Below are positions 27,683 through 32,000 of a DNA stretch of 32,000 bases, piece by piece. Below the pieces are notes generated by a model. It searched no databases and was not told where the DNA came from. It worked only from the letters and a program-made list of their open reading frames with translations. Origin of the DNA: Desulfotalea psychrophila LSv54 (lineage in GTDB: Bacteria > Desulfobacterota > Desulfobulbia > Desulfobulbales > Desulfocapsaceae). The stretch covers positions 1,980,001-2,012,000 of the forward strand of contig NC_006138.1 in assembly GCF_000025945.1 (NCBI RefSeq). Direction: 5' to 3'. The translations under genes and the position numbers were made by a program. Each line of letters opens with the position of its first letter. The first letter of the stretch is position 1.

Positions 27683-28771
27683 ATGAAGGCTACAGCTAGA
27701 AAATTAGGCATTCTTGATCGTTATCTAACCATTTGGATATTTTTAGTAATGTTTATAGGGGTGGTGGCGGGTTACCTCTATCCTTCTGTTCAGGGTATTA
27801 TTAACTCCTTTCAGGTTGGCACCACCAATATACCCATTGCCGTGGGGCTGGTAATGATGATGTATCCACCCTTGGCCAAGGTGAAATACGAAGAGCTAGG
27901 ACATGTATTTAAAAATACAAAGGTCCTTCTTCTCTCTTTGGTACAAAACTGGATTATCGGCCCGATTCTGATGTTCCTGTTGGCCATAAGTTTTCTCTCC
28001 GGCCATCATGAGTATATGGTAGGCCTTATCCTCATTGGTCTTGCCCGTTGTATTGCCATGGTCATCGTCTGGAATGATCTCGCCGGTGGTGATACTGAAT
28101 ACTGTGCGGGCTTGGTGGCGTTTAATTCAATCTTTCAGGTGCTCTTCTTCTCGCTCTATGCCTGGCTGTTCATCACTGTTGTTCCGGGATGGTTTGGCCT
28201 TGCCGGGGCCGTGGTCGATGTCTCAATCATGGAAATTGCTCAGTCGGTATTTATCTACTTGGGCCTGCCGTTTTTGGCCGGTATGCTTAGCCGTTATATT
28301 GGTATCAAAACAAGGGGAAAGGAGTGGTATGAAGAGGTTTTTATACCAAGAATTAGTCCCCTGACTCTCATTTTTCTTCTCTTCACAATTCTTATAATGT
28401 TTTCTCTCAAGGGAGAGTATATCGTTCAACTCCCCCTTGACGTCCTTCGCATCGCCCTGCCCCTGATCATATATTTTCTGGTCATGTTCTTGATCTCATT
28501 TTTTCTGTCGATGAAGGTGGGCGCCTCCTATGAACAGGCAGCTACCCTGAGCTTTACGGCGGCCTCCAATAACTTTGAGTTGGCAATTGCCGTCTCAATC
28601 GCCGTCTTTGGTATCAATTCCGGGGTGGCCTTTGCCGCTGTTATCGGCCCGCTGGTGGAGGTGCCTGTTTTAATTCTTCTGGTAGGCGTGGCCCTGCGCT
28701 TTAGAGAAAGGTATTTCCCCTGTGAGGAGAAGACCCTGCAGGGGGTCTGTCATGTCCGGGTGAAGAAGTAG
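27683..28771 (+). CDS. ACR3-family arsenite efflux transporter
   Basis: [62 protein letters not shown] are the ACR3/SBF motifs. Confidence 0.92.
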   Translation: MKATARKLGILDRYLTIWIFLVMFIGVVAGYLYPSVQGIINSFQVGTTNIPIAVGLVMMMYPPLAKVKYEELGHVFKNTKVLLLSLVQNWIIGPILMFLLAISFLSGHHEYMVGLILIGLARCIAMVIVWNDLAGGDTEYCAGLVAFNSIFQVLFFSLYAWLFITVVPGWFGLAGAVVDVSIMEIAQSVFIYLGLPFLAGMLSRYIGIKTRGKEWYEEVFIPRISPLTLIFLLFTILIMFSLKGEYIVQLPLDVLRIALPLIIYFLVMFLISFFLSMKVGASYEQAATLSFTAASNNFELAIAVSIAVFGINSGVAFAAVIGPLVEVPVLILLVGVALRFRERYFPCEEKTLQGVCHVRVKK

Positions 28772-28872
28772 GCCTTTCAGGCTGCGATTCTTGGTGGAGA
28801 GGAGATGCGTTAAACACGGGGGCAAAATTTTTGAACAGGGGGCAGAGCGGAGAGGTGAAGGGCAGGAGGGAA

Positions 28873-28917
28873 AAAGGTAAAGCCCGTCAGAGAAGAACTG
28901 TGACGGGCTTTACCTTT
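28873..28917. terminator. Strong hairpin, probable bidirectional terminator
   Basis: 17-bp perfect stem AAAGGTAAAGCCCGTCA (28873-28889) / TGACGGGCTTTACCTTT (28901-28917). Confidence 0.85.
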
Positions 28918-28973
28918 CAAAATGGTGCCGGGGATCAACGTCGCTTTTTGCGTTCTGTGGCAAAAGCCCTGAA

Positions 28974-29267
28974 TTACTTAGTGGGCTTTTTGCTTCGATG
29001 TCCCGGTTTGGCCAGAATTTCCAAATAAAAGGATTCGAGCTGTTTCTCTTCGGCCTGAGAAATATATTTATTAATCTCGGATAGATGAATAGCCTCGCTG
29101 CTTGTTTGGTCAAGGCCGAAGCGACATTCGAAATCCCAAAAATCGACATTCCCGGGTAGAGTCTTTCCGCGTTCTCTTTTTATATATTTTTTAACTTCAT
29201 GTTTGATTGCTTCAACAAGCCTTGGGACTTTGATCTTTGGATGGGTCAGTTTAAACGTTTTTTTCAT
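28974..29267 (-). CDS. DUF6172-like conserved hypothetical protein
   Basis: Internal start MKKTFKLTHPKIKVPRLVEAIKHEVKKYIKRERGKTLPGNVDFWDFECRFG...SFYLEILAKPGHR, a conserved proteobacterial small-protein pattern. Confidence 0.75.
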   Translation of the reverse strand: MKKTFKLTHPKIKVPRLVEAIKHEVKKYIKRERGKTLPGNVDFWDFECRFGLDQTSSEAIHLSEINKYISQAEEKQLESFYLEILAKPGHRSKKPTK

Positions 29268-29432
29268 AGTGATTCCATAGGGTGTGACTGGCGTTATTAG
29301 AGAGTAAACTTCAATTAATGACATGATATCATCAAGGAGCGGTTTTCCAAATTGTTTCTTATAGAGATGGTTTGATCACCGCTGGAGTATGGGGTGCGAC
29401 AGGCGAGAAGGCTTTAACCGTGGTGAACAAAC

Positions 29433-29469
29433 AAAAAAAGCCCTTAACTCAAAGAAGAGTTAAGGGCTT
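29433..29469 (-). terminator. Rho-independent terminator downstream of tRNA-Phe
   Basis: 13-bp stem AAGCCCTTAACTC (29438-29450) / GAGTTAAGGGCTT (29457-29469) with 6-nt loop and a T-run on the minus strand. Confidence 0.88.
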
Positions 29470-29488
29470 AGTGTCTTTTACCAATGAA

Positions 29489-29564
<76 letters not shown>

Positions 29565-29924
29565 ACCTCATTGCGTGAAGCGATATTTACACAATTAAAA
29601 CAGAGGCGTCAAGCCTAAAATGCCCCTGTCTCTTTTTTAAAGTTAAAGAGGCAGAGTGCCCATTGCTAGAGGAGGGGCAGGGCTGTCCATTTTGAGGAGG
29701 CCAAAATGTTTGCCCCTGTTTAATAATTTGTACCCTTTTGGAGCTGTTTTTTTAGTGGAAAAGCAGGTGCGCTCAGCTAAGTGGCTGATTATCTGGCAAA
29801 GACGTTTTGGCATATTTCTGGCACGGTACATGCAATAATATAGACAGTAGTACTTCTCTCTCTCTCCTTGAAAAGCTGTTCTCGCCATGCGGGAGCGGCT
29901 TTTTTTTTTATCCATTCGCTTCAC

Positions 29925-30662
29925 CTATCTCCGTAGGGCCGCCTTACTGAAAAGGTGCTCCGGAATGGGCCTGTCAAACTCTATGGAGTCCATGATAAAC
30001 TCCGTTCCCCCTCCGGTTTTGAGGACATCCTTGAAACGTATGAGCATGGGGAACCAACGCTCGCCTATCTGCTTGAAGTCTTTAAACTCTGTTTTTTTAA
30101 GGAGTTTGCCGCTTTTTGCGTAGAGCTCTTCCCTGAGTGGTACGGAGAGTTCTTGGTCAACCCATATCAGACGTGAATGGTAGGCCACGTCACTTCTTTT
30201 TGCCAGCAGGCTAAGCAACCAGCATGGGCGCTCGGCGATGATCTCCGTTCCTTTTACTTCTGCCTGGTAGATTTCGGACAGGCGCGGATTCTCCATCATA
30301 TCTTCGTAGGAGAGGTCTGAACCCATCAGGGACTGTCTGAGCATATGGCCAGAAATTTGTATCGTCCTGTCGGTGGTTGGCGAATACATCCAGAGCCGAT
30401 CCTCAAGCTTTAACATCTTTGTTCCCCGTTCCCGGGCGGGGGCGAGATATTCAGTATAGGAGCGCTTATCTCTCTGGGACCAGGATTTTGATTTCACCGT
30501 TCGGGTACCACGTCTGCTATGGATGATCATCCTGGAGACGATAATCTGGGTATCGGAGGTCATGTTCTTATCCACCCTCTCCAGTACCTCCAGGCCACTT
30601 GGCAGGGCCGCATATGAGCTTGTGCTGATAAAGAAAAGGGCAATAATGATAAATGTTTTCAT
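29925..30662 (-). CDS. Outer membrane lipoprotein-sorting protein (LolA-like superfamily)
   Basis: Signal peptide; MTSDTQIIVSRMIIHSRRGTRTVKSKSWSQRDKRSYTEYLAPARERGTKMLKLEDRLWMYSPTTDRTIQISGHMLRQSLMGSDLSYEDMMEN. Confidence 0.9.
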   Translation of the reverse strand: MKTFIIIALFFISTSSYAALPSGLEVLERVDKNMTSDTQIIVSRMIIHSRRGTRTVKSKSWSQRDKRSYTEYLAPARERGTKMLKLEDRLWMYSPTTDRTIQISGHMLRQSLMGSDLSYEDMMENPRLSEIYQAEVKGTEIIAERPCWLLSLLAKRSDVAYHSRLIWVDQELSVPLREELYAKSGKLLKKTEFKDFKQIGERWFPMLIRFKDVLKTGGGTEFIMDSIEFDRPIPEHLFSKAALRR

Positions 30663-31933
30663 GTTTCCAACTCCTTAAACAGTTGGGCTGTCTGCCGCTT
30701 GTAGATACCTATCCCGGATAGGGCTGCGCCCAGAAGGGTTGAGGCTATTCCGGGAATAAAACCGATATAGTAGGTGCGGTAGCTGATCTCTGCCCGGATG
30801 ATATTTGATATCATCATGCTTGAATTCTTGGTCATGGAGCCAATATCCAGACCGTAGGCTTGAAAATACCAGGCTATCAGGAGGCCGAGTAGGGTGCCTA
30901 TGATAGAGCCAATGACTCCGATAATCAGAGCTTCAATGATGATTGAAGCATAGACATGGTGTTTGTTTTCTCCGATTGCCAGCCGTAATCCCATCTCTCC
31001 ATAACGACGCAGGCCACCTATCAGCCCGACATTCCAGAGAACAATGGACATGGCCATGATAAAGACAGCCGAGGCAATGAGGGAGATGTAGTTGGCCAGA
31101 TCTAAGTATTCCCCCAGGCCATCCTGATTTCGCAGGGCAAACATGACCGGCGCATATTCATCATCACTGGTGGCGAAGCCCTCATTAAAGGTCTCTGCAA
31201 TCCGTAGGGCCTCTGAATCATGATAGATACCATCCCTGAAGTAACCGAGGAGCTCCCCCGCGGCATCATCCATATCCAGGGCATGCTGAATGTCAGCGAT
31301 ATCTACCAGCAAGGCCCCTCTGTCCATGGCATTGACCCCAAACTTAATGGTGCCGGCAATGACGAAGTTCTGCATGCTCATGCTGCCATACATGGTTGAG
31401 CTTAACAGGGTCACCGTCTCGCCCGGATGAGCCTTTAACTTCGTGGCAAATTTATCGCCGAGGAGTATTTCTCCTGGACTAAGTGGGAAGCGCCCGCGGA
31501 CAATTGCCTCCCTTATATTAAGGGTGGCAATTTCAGTACTCTCAGGGGAGAGGAGATCGACGGCAAGGCCCATGGCCGGCCCCTGACTACTTGTCTCCCC
31601 CCGGGCATCCGGCACATCCACCAGACCACCAAAACGAATGCGCTTAACCCAGTTTAATTCGCCTTGGCTGGCCCGCAGCTCTTGCAGAAGATTATCGGCT
31701 CCCAGCAGTGCCAGATCATTGGGTATTTGAGATTTGTTTTTTGCATAGGCCCGGCTCATGATTTTGACATGGCCGGTGGAAAATTTGGCGTTTGAGCGGG
31801 CAATGTCTCCCATCTCCCCCTGCATCCATGCCTGGAGAAAGACGGTGAGCATTACACCGATGCTGACGGTGATAATTGGAAACAAACTTCGTGAACGGTC
31901 ACGGAGCAGTCCCTTGAGGAGGAAGGGTATCAT
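30659..31933 (-). CDS. ABC transporter permease, MacB/FtsX (LolCE-like) family
   Basis: Four TM segments with a large periplasmic domain; LLKGLLRDRSRSLFPIITVSIGVMLTVFLQAWMQG and C-terminal FFIPGIASTLLGAALSGIGIYKRQ-type end (track: FIPGIASTLLGAALSGIGIYKRQTAQLFKELET). Overlaps the downstream gene by 4 nt (ATGA-like). Confidence 0.88.
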   Translation of the reverse strand: MIPFLLKGLLRDRSRSLFPIITVSIGVMLTVFLQAWMQGEMGDIARSNAKFSTGHVKIMSRAYAKNKSQIPNDLALLGADNLLQELRASQGELNWVKRIRFGGLVDVPDARGETSSQGPAMGLAVDLLSPESTEIATLNIREAIVRGRFPLSPGEILLGDKFATKLKAHPGETVTLLSSTMYGSMSMQNFVIAGTIKFGVNAMDRGALLVDIADIQHALDMDDAAGELLGYFRDGIYHDSEALRIAETFNEGFATSDDEYAPVMFALRNQDGLGEYLDLANYISLIASAVFIMAMSIVLWNVGLIGGLRRYGEMGLRLAIGENKHHVYASIIIEALIIGVIGSIIGTLLGLLIAWYFQAYGLDIGSMTKNSSMMISNIIRAEISYRTYYIGFIPGIASTLLGAALSGIGIYKRQTAQLFKELET

Positions 31934-32000
31934 GGTAGTTTCCCCTTGATGGCATCGGTGGCGCTGAGATGGGAAATTTTGCGGGCTGGAATAAAGCTGA
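31930..32000 (-). CDS. C-terminal fragment of a second FtsX-type ABC permease, truncated by the window edge
   Basis: Minus strand reads ...SFIPARKISHLSATDAIKGKLP* with its TGA overlapping the next ATG (ATGA); PAR...A.DAIKG is the usual permease C-terminus. Confidence 0.6.
   Translation of the reverse strand, partial: SFIPARKISHLSATDAIKGKLP

Noticed and set aside
27451-27711. 86-aa minus-strand ORF between fdhD and the ACR3 gene
   Set aside because: Low-complexity basic sequence, no domain, spans the ACR3 start region; not supported.
29643-29924. 93-aa minus-strand ORF upstream of the tRNA
   Set aside because: Arg/Lys/Cys-rich sequence with no domain; not enough to support a gene.

Overview
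This 32 kb window is densely coded and looks like a sulfate-reducer or other deltaproteobacterial chromosome; that lineage is an inference from gene content only. The centrepiece is a leftward locus for a Tat-exported, membrane-linked formate dehydrogenase (FDH), about 12.7-19.9 kb. Its catalytic subunit has been split by the ORF caller at an in-frame TGA. The two pieces (16487..17131 and 14291..16474) form one selenoprotein, ...NNIDHQARI[18 protein letters not shown]..., with a SECIS-like hairpin directly after the UGA. The locus also encodes an Fe-S subunit, a cytochrome b-type gamma subunit, a 61-aa Tat-signal mini-protein, a TorD-like chaperone and a large polyferredoxin. Upstream lie a NarL-type response regulator, a Cache/GAF histidine kinase, an orphan periplasmic binding protein and a CPA2-type antiporter. 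fdhD (with a CxxT in place of CxxC), mobB and tatC are nearby. The flanks carry two adjacent DUF6785/OPT-like membrane proteins, an orphan PqqD-like cluster, a divergent family-4-type uracil-DNA glycosylase, a DivIC/FtsB-like protein, a DUF523 protein, serS, an MscS-like channel, an ACR3-type transporter, tRNA-Phe, and the end of an FtsX-type permease plus outer-membrane lipoprotein-sorting operon. I found no CRISPR array, transposon or phage module. The FDH system is recognisable as a known type. The points that merit follow-up are the missed selenocysteine codon, the regulatory cassette, the polyferredoxin, the FdhD motif and the UDG motif.
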